From assembly GCA_938003925.1 (NCBI GenBank), contig CALKWQ010000047.1, positions 1,048-65,047 on the forward strand: a stretch of 64,000 nucleotides of DNA. The letters are read 5' to 3'. The position numbers were made by a program, and so were the translations under genes. Numbering within the stretch: the stretch's first letter is position 1; every line of letters starts with the position of its first letter. Below the pieces are notes generated by a model. The model was not told the origin of the DNA and did no database searches. It saw only the letters and a program-made list of their open reading frames with translations. Below are positions 8,349 through 16,246 of the stretch, in pieces. Source of the DNA: an uncultured bacterium (GTDB lineage Bacteria; Patescibacteriota; Patescibacteriia; Patescibacteriales; UBA12465).

Positions 8349-9197
8349 CTATATTTTAGATTTTATTTTTTTATTTATATCAACCTCTTGCTTTTCAGTG
8401 AATGGTTTTACTGTAATTATAAATGGCGGTTTACCATTATTAAACTTAGCTTTATAAAAATGCCCTCTATCCACCACCCTATCTATTTCTTCGGACGCAT
8501 AAGCCCTATATCTTCCAATCACCTGAAATTTATCATCTATTTCTTCAAATCTTATTTCGTAATCTGAATCTTTGGTTCTATTTACTACGGAATGGAAGTA
8601 AACCCTAATAATAGTTTGCTGTTCTAAAGCATTATAATCTTCTAATTGAAATTTATCCTTAGTTAATGTTCTGCCCTGCTTAACTGGTATATAGTTAAAA
8701 TTAACCTTTTTAATTTGTTTATGCGTTGCGGATTTTGCCAGCTTATCAACTAGTTTTCTTTCTTCTGTTTTCTTTCCTTTTACCCAATGTATTTCGATTG
8801 GGAAAGCCAATTTTCTTCTTTCTCTATAGTATTCTTTCCAGGCACTAAGATTTTTAATGTCTCCGCCATCATTCTTTTTCCAGCCACTATTTGCCCACTG
8901 GAATACCCATTTATTGCATATATCAACTACGGTGTCGCAATCGTTATATATTATAATTCTCGTCACTCCTTCACTTTTCAAATCTTCTTGATGACCATTA
9001 ACCCATTTTATGGAATTCAGAATGGACAATATTTCCATGTTAGTGCAGGTTCCAATGTTGTACGCCAACTGTATTATTTCATCCGACTTTTCACAATAGT
9101 CTGGGTACTTCACTATTCCAGCACAACCAACCAATGGACCTCGTCCACCAATAGCTGACCCATCGCAGTTTATAACTAAATCATTTGTGGCTGGCAT
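8349..9197 (-). CDS. RNase HI domain fused to an unassigned ~125-aa C-terminal domain, 282 aa
   Basis: RNase H type 1 signature with all four acidic residues: INCDGSA, TNMEILS, IYNDCDT and VDKLAKSA. WKKNDGGDIKNLSAW and HWVKGKK are also present. The C-terminal half has no recognisable motif. The track start at 9221 is TTG and lies inside the promoter region; ATG at 9197 is preferred. Confidence 0.8.
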   Translation of the reverse strand: MPATNDLVINCDGSAIGGRGPLVGCAGIVKYPDYCEKSDEIIQLAYNIGTCTNMEILSILNSIKWVNGHQEDLKSEGVTRIIIYNDCDTVVDICNKWVFQWANSGWKKNDGGDIKNLSAWKEYYRERRKLAFPIEIHWVKGKKTEERKLVDKLAKSATHKQIKKVNFNYIPVKQGRTLTKDKFQLEDYNALEQQTIIRVYFHSVVNRTKDSDYEIRFEEIDDKFQVIGRYRAYASEEIDRVVDRGHFYKAKFNNGKPPFIITVKPFTEKQEVDINKKIKSKI

Positions 9198-9223
9198 ACA
9201 TTTTGTATAATTTTCCCACAAAA

Positions 9224-9239
9224 ATTGACAAAAGTCAAT
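9224..9239. promoter_or_regulatory. Perfect 16-bp palindrome in the divergent control region (candidate operator, back-to-back -35 boxes)
   Basis: ATTGAC-AAAA-GTCAAT. On the plus strand TTGACA (9225-9230) plus 17 nt reaches TAATAA (9248-9253), ahead of the ATG at 9273. On the minus strand TTGTCA (9231-9226) plus 16 nt reaches TATACA (9209-9204), only ~6 nt before the RNase H ATG. That mRNA would be nearly leaderless. Confidence 0.5.
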
Positions 9240-9272
9240 GAAATTAGTAATAATATAAGGAAGTCAAACAAT

Positions 9273-9878
9273 ATGGGAATAACAATTACTAGCCACACAA
9301 AAGCCATAAAAATATATAAAGGAGTTAAAAAAGCAAGGTTAGATTTTATGAAAAAAGTCACCAACCTTGGCCTTCTTGATGATTTGGAAAAATCTATTAA
9401 ACAAACATTCCAGGAAAATAAACCGGATAGACGTGCAATGGAAATATTAAAATTATTGTTAGAAGATAAAGAGTTAAACAAGGAAGCTCTATCAATGGAC
9501 AAGGCATTTTTAGATGTGATGGATAGAGTTGTAAACATTATAGCCGTTTCTAATAAGACAACTCTTGAATCAAGGCTTCCAATATATCTTTCAAGTACTA
9601 CTGGACAATTAAGTCGTGATCCAGCAGAAAAATTTAATTTTATTATTAAGCCGGGTAATAAGAATTTTAAAATACTGGAAACATTAAACAATGAATATAA
9701 ACAAACCGAGGAAATTAAAAAGCATATCAAGGCATTAAATAACCCAGCAACTAGAAAAATGATAAATACTTTGAATGCAAAAATTAAAACAAAGTTAAAG
9801 TTAAATCCAGTGTTGATAGAATCAAAAACTGGTAACGGCTACAGGATAAATAATAAGTACGAATTGATAATTGATTAA
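9273..9878 (+). CDS. Hypothetical protein, 201 aa, divergent from the RNase H operon (possible regulator)
   Basis: ATG at 9273 preceded by AAGGAAG. The track start at 9225 is the TTG of the -35 box. The C-terminal ...TGNGYRINNKYELI faintly resembles the wing of winged-helix regulators. No firm family. Confidence 0.5.
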   Translation: MGITITSHTKAIKIYKGVKKARLDFMKKVTNLGLLDDLEKSIKQTFQENKPDRRAMEILKLLLEDKELNKEALSMDKAFLDVMDRVVNIIAVSNKTTLESRLPIYLSSTTGQLSRDPAEKFNFIIKPGNKNFKILETLNNEYKQTEEIKKHIKALNNPATRKMINTLNAKIKTKLKLNPVLIESKTGNGYRINNKYELIID

Positions 9879-9910
9879 AGTATACCTCTGATAGAGTGGA
9901 TAAACGCATC

Positions 9911-9940
9911 AAAAAGAGCTAAATTTAGCTCTTTTTTATT
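9911..9940 (+). terminator. Rho-independent terminator after gene 9273..9878
   Basis: AAAAAGAGCTAAATTTAGCTCTTTTTTATT, a perfect GAGCTAAA/TTTAGCTC stem followed by a T-run. Confidence 0.7.
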
Positions 9941-10013
9941 TTGTATTTATCTATCGCCAAAGTACTGGTGTCTACTGATATTCTGAAGTTGTAAGAAACT
10001 AAACATTAATTTT

Positions 10014-11345
10014 ATGCAAAACAACAATCTAAAAATCGTGGAAGTTGCGATCAACCAACTTAACCTCGCACCATACAATCCCAGAAAGCACACTCGTGAG
10101 CAGATGATTCAGCTTCAAGAATCAATTAAGAGGTTTGGGATCGTGGACCCCGTGATTCTAAACGGTGTGCCGGAAAGACTAAATGTCGTTATAGGTGGAC
10201 ACATGCGCCTGCAAGCTTTACATGAGCTTGGTGAAACAATAGTTCCGGCTGTCTATGTCCATATAGCAGACATAGAAAAAGAAAAAGAATTAAATTTGCG
10301 TCTTAATAAAAATACTGGCGAATTCGATTATAATCTCTTAGCCGAATTCGATGAATCATTTCTTCAAGACGTTGGATTCAGTAGTGAAGAAATCGATGAC
10401 ATATTCCCGGTCGAAATAGCTACCGATCAATTCGATTTAAAGAAAGAATTGGAAAGACTTCAGATTACTGAAGTAAAAGCCAAGACCGGCGATGTCTATA
10501 ACTTAGATGGGTCAAGACTTCTGGTCGGAGATTCAATGATAGAAGAAAACATGATGACGCTGATGGATGGAAACAAGGCCGACATGTGTCTTACCGATCC
10601 CCCTTACATCCTCGATTACTTAAAAGGAAAAACTAAAAATAAAGATGGAGTAACTGAAGGCTTTGGTGCTAAGAAGAATCGGATATATATCGGTACCGAA
10701 TCATTGCCGGATAATTTTACCGAACTCTGGATGGGCAATATCAGTAAAGTGGCTAAAGATAATTTTTCAATCATCGTCTATGAAAATTGGAAGAACCTAA
10801 GGACTATCTGGAGTGAGATGGAAAAATATTGGAAGGTGAAAAATATGATCGTCTGGCATCTACCCAATCGAGTACAGGGTTTCTCAGTCAAGCATAAATT
10901 TTTCAATAAACATGATATTGCCATAACCGGCGGAAGCGAGGATGTTGAGCTAAATACGGAAAGCGAAGGCGATGAGCTATTGGATAATGAATATGAAACT
11001 GCCCTATATGCTATTTCCGGCAATCCTTATTGGGAATCATATGGCAGGGGCAAAAAGATATGCCCAACCGATTTCATTGAATACATTGCTGATGATGCGA
11101 AATCTTCCGGACAAGGCATTATCTTTGGCACTAAGCCATTAGAGATACTTATCCCCTATATTAAAGTCTTAACTAAACGTGGGGATTTGATAGTTGAACC
11201 TTTTGGCGGAAGCGGGTCGACGCTTATCGCTTCTGTAAGGATGGGGCGCCGCTGCTTCATTATGGAAAAGTGTCCTATCTATGCTGAGGTAATTATCAAA
11301 AGATGGGAAAAAGAAACTGGAAAAACCGCCCTTAAGTTAAATTAA
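10014..11345 (+). CDS. ParB-like nuclease domain fused to a DNA methyltransferase (N6A/N4C type), 443 aa
   Basis: The N-terminus is ParB/Srx-like (LNLAPYNPRKHT...IGGHMRLQAL). The methyltransferase motifs are CLTDPPY and the AdoMet motif EPFGGSGSTLIA. This architecture is typical of phage or plasmid orphan methyltransferases. Confidence 0.8.
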   Translation: MQNNNLKIVEVAINQLNLAPYNPRKHTREQMIQLQESIKRFGIVDPVILNGVPERLNVVIGGHMRLQALHELGETIVPAVYVHIADIEKEKELNLRLNKNTGEFDYNLLAEFDESFLQDVGFSSEEIDDIFPVEIATDQFDLKKELERLQITEVKAKTGDVYNLDGSRLLVGDSMIEENMMTLMDGNKADMCLTDPPYILDYLKGKTKNKDGVTEGFGAKKNRIYIGTESLPDNFTELWMGNISKVAKDNFSIIVYENWKNLRTIWSEMEKYWKVKNMIVWHLPNRVQGFSVKHKFFNKHDIAITGGSEDVELNTESEGDELLDNEYETALYAISGNPYWESYGRGKKICPTDFIEYIADDAKSSGQGIIFGTKPLEILIPYIKVLTKRGDLIVEPFGGSGSTLIASVRMGRRCFIMEKCPIYAEVIIKRWEKETGKTALKLN

Positions 11346-11349
11346 ATAT

Positions 11350-11976
11350 ATGATAGGAGAAGAAACAAAGAAAAAAGTATTAAGCGAGCTAGAAAAATTC
11401 GGAAACGTATTCTATGCCTGTAAAAAGAATGGGGTAAGCACCTCTACTTATTACCGCTGGTTTGAAAATAACAGAGATTTTAGAAAGAAAGCTAAAACAG
11501 CTATTAAAGTCGGGCAAAAGAATTATGTTGATTTAGCCGAAAATAGCTTAATCTCCAATGTCAGCAATAAAGATCAAAGAGCGATAGAATATGTCTTGTC
11601 TCATCTATCAAAAAGATACCGGAAATCAGACGAATCGAAAGTGATAATTGTTCATCGCAAAGATGCTGATAGCTACGCACCAGTAAAAAAGATAACACTT
11701 GAAGATTTATTAGAAGAACATGAAGATAAAGTAGCTAAAGAACAAGCTGAGTGGGATGCAAAAGCTAAACTGGTCTGGGATGAACTGAAAAAGAATGGCG
11801 AAATACCAACAAAACCTACTGGCGAACCAATAGGTTTTGAAGAAGTATATAAATTCAAGGTCTATATAGAAGAATATCAAAAGAAGGCTAAAGAAAATCA
11901 ATCGCAAGCTGGGCTTAAAGTCTTAGACGGAAATGTGGATAATAATGCGGATAGCGAATCAAAAGATCTTAAATAA
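11350..11976 (+). CDS. HTH protein, 208 aa (phage terminase-small-subunit-like or homeodomain-like N-terminus)
   Basis: FYACKKNGVSTSTYYRWFENNRDFRKKAK is a typical HTH pattern. The gene is translationally adjacent to the ParB-methyltransferase (4-nt gap). The C-terminal half is charged and low complexity. Confidence 0.5.
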   Translation: MIGEETKKKVLSELEKFGNVFYACKKNGVSTSTYYRWFENNRDFRKKAKTAIKVGQKNYVDLAENSLISNVSNKDQRAIEYVLSHLSKRYRKSDESKVIIVHRKDADSYAPVKKITLEDLLEEHEDKVAKEQAEWDAKAKLVWDELKKNGEIPTKPTGEPIGFEEVYKFKVYIEEYQKKAKENQSQAGLKVLDGNVDNNADSESKDLK

Positions 11977-13022
11977 CTCGCATCTAAACCTTTCCAGCCA
12001 TCGCAAGATTCAGGATAATAATACTTCGAAGTGCTATATGAGGAAGTGTAATATTTGTTAGACGAGGTTGTGGCGACAGTGCTAGAAACGGTCGAGGATA
12101 CAGAAGATGAATCGGCCGCTTTAGTCGTATCACCATTACAGGTATCAGCCGCCCATAAGCCACGCAGATTAGTGCTTGCTTCTTTTTGAGCTTCCTTAAA
12201 CTGAGCTTGATATTTATATGGCTTGTTATAGGTATATTCATGGGCGTAGCCATCTCTTATCATCTTGTCATTATAGAAAGTGCCGTCTTCTAAATAGACA
12301 TATTTTAATGGCCTGGAATATTTATCTAATTCTTCAGTAGTAGAATCATTTTCTAATCTCACCATCTTGCCGGATAATAATTCTTTGGCCTTAGCTGAAG
12401 CTTCTTTGCCGAAACATTGGACAACTTTCCTCGGGTCAAGAGTTTCCGGAGTATCCATGCCTATCAATCTGATGGTTGTAGTAGCTCCATTCAAATTTAT
12501 TTTGATAGTATCACCATCAACCACTTCTAATACTTGATATAAAGTTACAGATGAAGAAGAGCTCTTATCTTTATCTGACAATTCAATCTTATTCAAATCG
12601 CTGGTCTTAATACCTAAACCTAATTTGCGCATTATCTGATAAGCGGCTTCACCATCTTTTAGATAATTAGCATTGCCATTTGAATCGATATAATAGGCTT
12701 CACCACGGCTTTGAACTTGTAGTAATATTTTGCCGGCCTGTTTCTTAGCATTATTCTTATTTGCTTTTACCTTATCTAAATCAGAGTTAGTAATACCGAC
12801 ACCGAGCGTGCGCATGATGTTATAGGCTTCTGAACCGTTAGCCATATAATATCTTTTGCCGTCTTTTGGACTGACATACCAGGCTTCGCCATGAGATTCG
12901 ACTTGAAGTAGAATCTTTCCCTTCATTTTAGAAGACAAGCTCTCTGCCCCAAATGTTTTAAATGGGATTATTCCTAAAGCAATAATTATTGCTAAAGAAA
13001 TAAATAATAATTTCTTTTTCAT
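11898..13022 (-). CDS. Secreted thermonuclease (staphylococcal-nuclease fold) with duplicated N-terminal repeats, 374 aa
   Basis: A signal peptide MKKKLLFISLAIIIALGIIPF is followed by two ~50-aa repeats (GKILLQV(E/Q)S(H/R)GEA(W/Y)Y...). The SNase core is VVDGDTIKI...IRLIGMDTPE...FGKEASAKAKELL...DKYSRPLKYVYLEDG...MIRDGYA. The tail is Ser-rich with Cys...Cys. Confidence 0.85.
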   Translation of the reverse strand: MKKKLLFISLAIIIALGIIPFKTFGAESLSSKMKGKILLQVESHGEAWYVSPKDGKRYYMANGSEAYNIMRTLGVGITNSDLDKVKANKNNAKKQAGKILLQVQSRGEAYYIDSNGNANYLKDGEAAYQIMRKLGLGIKTSDLNKIELSDKDKSSSSSVTLYQVLEVVDGDTIKINLNGATTTIRLIGMDTPETLDPRKVVQCFGKEASAKAKELLSGKMVRLENDSTTEELDKYSRPLKYVYLEDGTFYNDKMIRDGYAHEYTYNKPYKYQAQFKEAQKEASTNLRGLWAADTCNGDTTKAADSSSVSSTVSSTVATTSSNKYYTSSYSTSKYYYPESCDGWKGLDASYLRSFDSLSALLSTFPSKTLSPACD

Positions 13023-13023
13023 A

Positions 13024-13287
13024 TTATTTCTTTATCATAGATAATATCCATTCCTGGCATTTATTAGCCCAAGTAGCTGGCATCTTTGTTTTAGCTAGCT
13101 CAGCGCCATGGCCGATAATTTTTAATTCCCCCTGCCCTAAACCGACGACATCTACCACGACAGTTTCGATATCGCTAACCATTACCCTGAAAGTCTTACC
13201 ATAGGGATGTTGGAAACAAAGGAAACCATCCTTAATCTTTAAAGTTCCTCCGGCACCCAATAAACCTATCTTCATTTTTTCTTCCAT
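13024..13287 (-). CDS. Small hypothetical protein, 83-87 aa, upstream of and co-transcribed with the nuclease
   Basis: The track ORF starts at GTG 13365, inside the structured GC-rich element. Plausible starts are MEEKMKIG (13287) or MKIG (13275, preceded by GGAAG). Its stop lies 1 nt before the nuclease start. Confidence 0.5.
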   Translation of the reverse strand: MEEKMKIGLLGAGGTLKIKDGFLCFQHPYGKTFRVMVSDIETVVVDVVGLGQGELKIIGHGAELAKTKMPATWANKCQEWILSMIKK

Positions 13288-13337
13288 AAAATAATAATTA
13301 ATTATTAAATGGCTGGGTGAACCGTATAAAACAAAAA

Positions 13338-13487
13338 CGGACACCCGACCTGGTTGCGAAACCACAAACGGTGTCCGCGAAGACGCCTATTTGCATGCGG
13401 TCGGAATGTCCGTTCCTGTATGCAAATAAGCCAAGGCGGCCAACATAGTTAGCGCGTACTTCGCGGAATTTTATTTATGGTTTCGCA
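13338..13487. other. GC-rich block of nested inverted repeats upstream of the serine recombinase gene (att-like site or structured RNA)
   Basis: Complementary pairs read directly from the sequence: cggacacc 13338-45 / ggtgtccg 13370-77, enclosing GGTT-gcga-AACC. tatttgcat 13388-96 / atgcaaata 13420-28, separated by 23 bp. ccgcgaag 13375-82 / cttcgcgg 13459-66. tgcgaaacc 13355-63 / ggtttcgca 13479-87. The block is visibly GC-richer than the flanking island DNA. Confidence 0.5.
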
Positions 13488-13599
13488 CTTAAAATATAGC
13501 TTAAAAACACATAAAAGTAAAATAAAGTTGTCTACAGCTTAGGTCTGGACTTCCCTGCCGCTTTACGTCATTCATTAGGTTAAACTAACAATAAACCAT

Positions 13600-14952
13600 A
13601 TGAATCAGACAAATACTGCTCTTGGGCTTAAAACGGCCGTACAAGGGCAAATAGGGGCTAATTCAGGGCTTTTAGACGGCGAAATAAGGTATTGCTTATA
13701 CGCCAGAAAGTCCACCGAAGAAGATGAAAAACAGGCTCTTTCCATTGAATCCCAAGTTAAGGAAATGATAGAAATGGCTATCAGGGACAATATCCAGATA
13801 GCCGAAATCCGCCGGGAAAGCCATAGTGCTAAGGATTCCGGGCAAAGGCCAATATTTAACCAACTTATAGTCGATATCAAGAGAGGGGCTTTCAACGGAA
13901 TCATCTGCTGGGCGCCGGATAGGTTAAGCCGCAACGCCGGCGACTTAGGTGCGATAGTCGACTTAATGGATCAAGGGCTAATTAAAGAAATCAGGACTCA
14001 TGGCCAAAAATTTACTAATAGTCCCAATGAAAAATTCCTTCTGATGATATTAGGCTCGCAAGCCAAGCTTGAAAACGACCATAAGGGCGAGAATGTTAAA
14101 CGAGGTCTTAGAGCTAAATGCGAACAAGGCTGGCGGCCGGGGCGTCCACCACTAGGGTATCTGCACGACAAATACGCTGACAAAGGTCAGAAGAAAGTAA
14201 CAATCGACCCCAAACGAGCGCCGATAGTGAAAAAGATATTTGAAAAAATGGCTAATGAAGAATTGAGTTGCCGCAAAATACATCAATGGTTAACTACTGA
14301 AACTGATTTTAAAACAAGAAACGGAAAGCCAATGCCGCTTAGCCTTGTCCAAAGAATGATTAGAGAGCCATTTTATTATGGCGAATTTGAATATCCAACC
14401 GGAAGCGACAAATGGTATAAGGGCGGATATGAACCGATAATATCTAAAGAACTTTATACAAAAGCCAACGAAAGATTAAGGAGAAATAATATTTCAAGAC
14501 AAGATTGCAAAGAATTTGCTTTCACTAAACTTATGAAATGCGGATATTGCGGATCGGGAATAACCGCAGAAGAAAAATTCAAAAAACTGGTCGATGGATC
14601 AGTTAGAAGATATGTATATTATGGTTGTGCCAGATCAAAGAATGTTAAATGCGACCATGGCATGCTTAGAGAAGAAGAACTAATAGAGCAATTAGTCGGA
14701 CTGATGGACAAAATTGATATTAATGAAATAGGAATTAAAAACAAATTTGAAGACGAAGTAAGTAGATTCTACAAATTCAGCAAAGGAATACTGGGCGTAA
14801 CTGGAAACGACTTTGAAAAACAAAAAGATTTAGATATTAGAAACTATGCTAAATATGTGCTTAAGGAGGGCTCTATTCTTGAGAAACGAGAGGTTTTAGC
14901 ATGTCTTGAGAGTAAGTTGGTGATGAAGGAGAAGAAAATATATATGAATTAA
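13600..14952 (+). CDS. Large serine recombinase (phage-integrase/transposase type), 450 aa
   Basis: The resolvase catalytic domain is YCLYARKSTEEDEKQALSIESQ, with IICWAPDRLSRN. A recombinase domain follows. The zinc ribbon is CGYCGSGITAEEKF...YYGCARSKNVKC, followed by a coiled-coil-like tail. Confidence 0.85.
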   Translation: MNQTNTALGLKTAVQGQIGANSGLLDGEIRYCLYARKSTEEDEKQALSIESQVKEMIEMAIRDNIQIAEIRRESHSAKDSGQRPIFNQLIVDIKRGAFNGIICWAPDRLSRNAGDLGAIVDLMDQGLIKEIRTHGQKFTNSPNEKFLLMILGSQAKLENDHKGENVKRGLRAKCEQGWRPGRPPLGYLHDKYADKGQKKVTIDPKRAPIVKKIFEKMANEELSCRKIHQWLTTETDFKTRNGKPMPLSLVQRMIREPFYYGEFEYPTGSDKWYKGGYEPIISKELYTKANERLRRNNISRQDCKEFAFTKLMKCGYCGSGITAEEKFKKLVDGSVRRYVYYGCARSKNVKCDHGMLREEELIEQLVGLMDKIDINEIGIKNKFEDEVSRFYKFSKGILGVTGNDFEKQKDLDIRNYAKYVLKEGSILEKREVLACLESKLVMKEKKIYMN

Positions 14953-14956
14953 AACA

Positions 14957-16240
14957 TTACCGATTCTTTATTATTTCTAATTCCTCATTATTGATTAGTG
15001 TCTTCGTACCATTCTCCATAGAAATCTCATTCATTAATCTTCCGTTAATATCTTTTAATTTAATATCATTTATTATTGAATTATCAAACATTTTTCCTAC
15101 AACATCTTTTTTGTAATCAATAATATCTTTAATTCTTTTAAACAATTTATCTTGCATCCCTTTACCAGCACCCTGAGTATATACAGGATCATTAAAAATA
15201 TTTTCCTCCTTTAAATATTTTATGTACACCTTATTCGATTTATTATCAATTCCAATATAATTAAGCAATCTGAAAAGCGCCCCTATTCCTGTTGTCTTAA
15301 AAACTATACTTTTATATTCTTGTCTTACATAATAACCTATAATATTTTTCTTTGGGACTAAATCAATAAAATTCTCTTTTATTATATTAAAAAAATCTTT
15401 TATGCAATCAAGAACAAAGTTAAATGATTCTTTCCCATTATTGCCCTCCTTATACTCATAAAAATATTTATAAAAAATACCATTTTTTTTAACCAAAGGC
15501 ATTATGCATTCTGAAATAAACGACTGAGTTATAATGCCAAATTTTTCATCCCCTAGCATTTTAATCATTCCTTTAAACGGGCTATCCTCATCATTATTTA
15601 AATATTTAGATAAAAAATGAACAAAAGTTATATCATTTTTATCTTCTGGCATTTCTCCAAAAATATCATAATAAAGAGATCTGTTGACTTGTTTTTGATT
15701 AAAATTAACATTAGCAAATACTCCAGATTGCTGATAATAATCGTAATTTAATAAAATAGTTACTGGAAATTCAATGACTAACGAATTTTTTAAATTTGGG
15801 TATTTTTCAAAAAAATCACTAACACCAACATATCGATGTTGTCCATCAACAATTAAGACCGGCTTATTTTCCATCTTTTCTGGAATCAACAGCTCATAGC
15901 TATCCCCGTTTTTACGTATTGTTAAATTATCTAAACTTTGTTCGTTCTCGGTTTCAATAATTTCTGAATCAAACGCCACTATTAATGCGGATGGAAACAA
16001 AGATACAATATCGCTTTTATCCATTAATTTATCTTCGCCTTCAACAAATAAACTCCTCTCAATATATTTAACTATTTTCTTGGTTCTATCGGGATTAATT
16101 CTTCTCTGATATGAATCTTTTTTATTATCATCCTCCCTAACAGTTAATTTAGCTATTTTTTGCAAATCAAAAAAATTAATGTTAGCTACAAATGTATTAC
16201 TAAATATTGAATTATTTTTTAAAATATTTATTTTTTTCAT
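14957..16240 (-). CDS. DGQHR-domain protein (DndB-like, ParB/Srx superfamily), 427 aa
   Basis: Literal motif LIVDGQHRYVG, an upstream SYQRRINPDRTKKIVKYI, and a downstream FANVNFNQKQVNRSLYYDI. These are the three blocks I associate with the DndB/DGQHR family. Confidence 0.8.
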   Translation of the reverse strand: MKKINILKNNSIFSNTFVANINFFDLQKIAKLTVREDDNKKDSYQRRINPDRTKKIVKYIERSLFVEGEDKLMDKSDIVSLFPSALIVAFDSEIIETENEQSLDNLTIRKNGDSYELLIPEKMENKPVLIVDGQHRYVGVSDFFEKYPNLKNSLVIEFPVTILLNYDYYQQSGVFANVNFNQKQVNRSLYYDIFGEMPEDKNDITFVHFLSKYLNNDEDSPFKGMIKMLGDEKFGIITQSFISECIMPLVKKNGIFYKYFYEYKEGNNGKESFNFVLDCIKDFFNIIKENFIDLVPKKNIIGYYVRQEYKSIVFKTTGIGALFRLLNYIGIDNKSNKVYIKYLKEENIFNDPVYTQGAGKGMQDKLFKRIKDIIDYKKDVVGKMFDNSIINDIKLKDINGRLMNEISMENGTKTLINNEELEIIKNR

Positions 16241-16246
16241 ATAAAC

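Noticed and set aside
9221-9272. Track start codons at 9221 (minus, TTG) and 9225 (plus, TTG) that would make the two divergent ORFs overlap
   Set aside because: Both TTGs fall inside the palindromic TTGACA/TTGTCA -35 region. The downstream ATGs (9197 and 9273, the latter with AAGGAAG) are more credible.
13338-13487. Known structured RNAs (SRP/4.5S, RNase P, tmRNA, 6S, common riboswitches) for the GC-rich element
   Set aside because: AAGCCAAGGCGGCC loosely recalls the AGCAGCCAAGGCAG stretch of SRP RNA. The GGAA-tetraloop helix 8 context and the other SRP features are not present. No RNase P (GAGGAAAGUCC), tmRNA tRNA-like end or riboswitch core motifs were seen. A covariance-model scan is needed.
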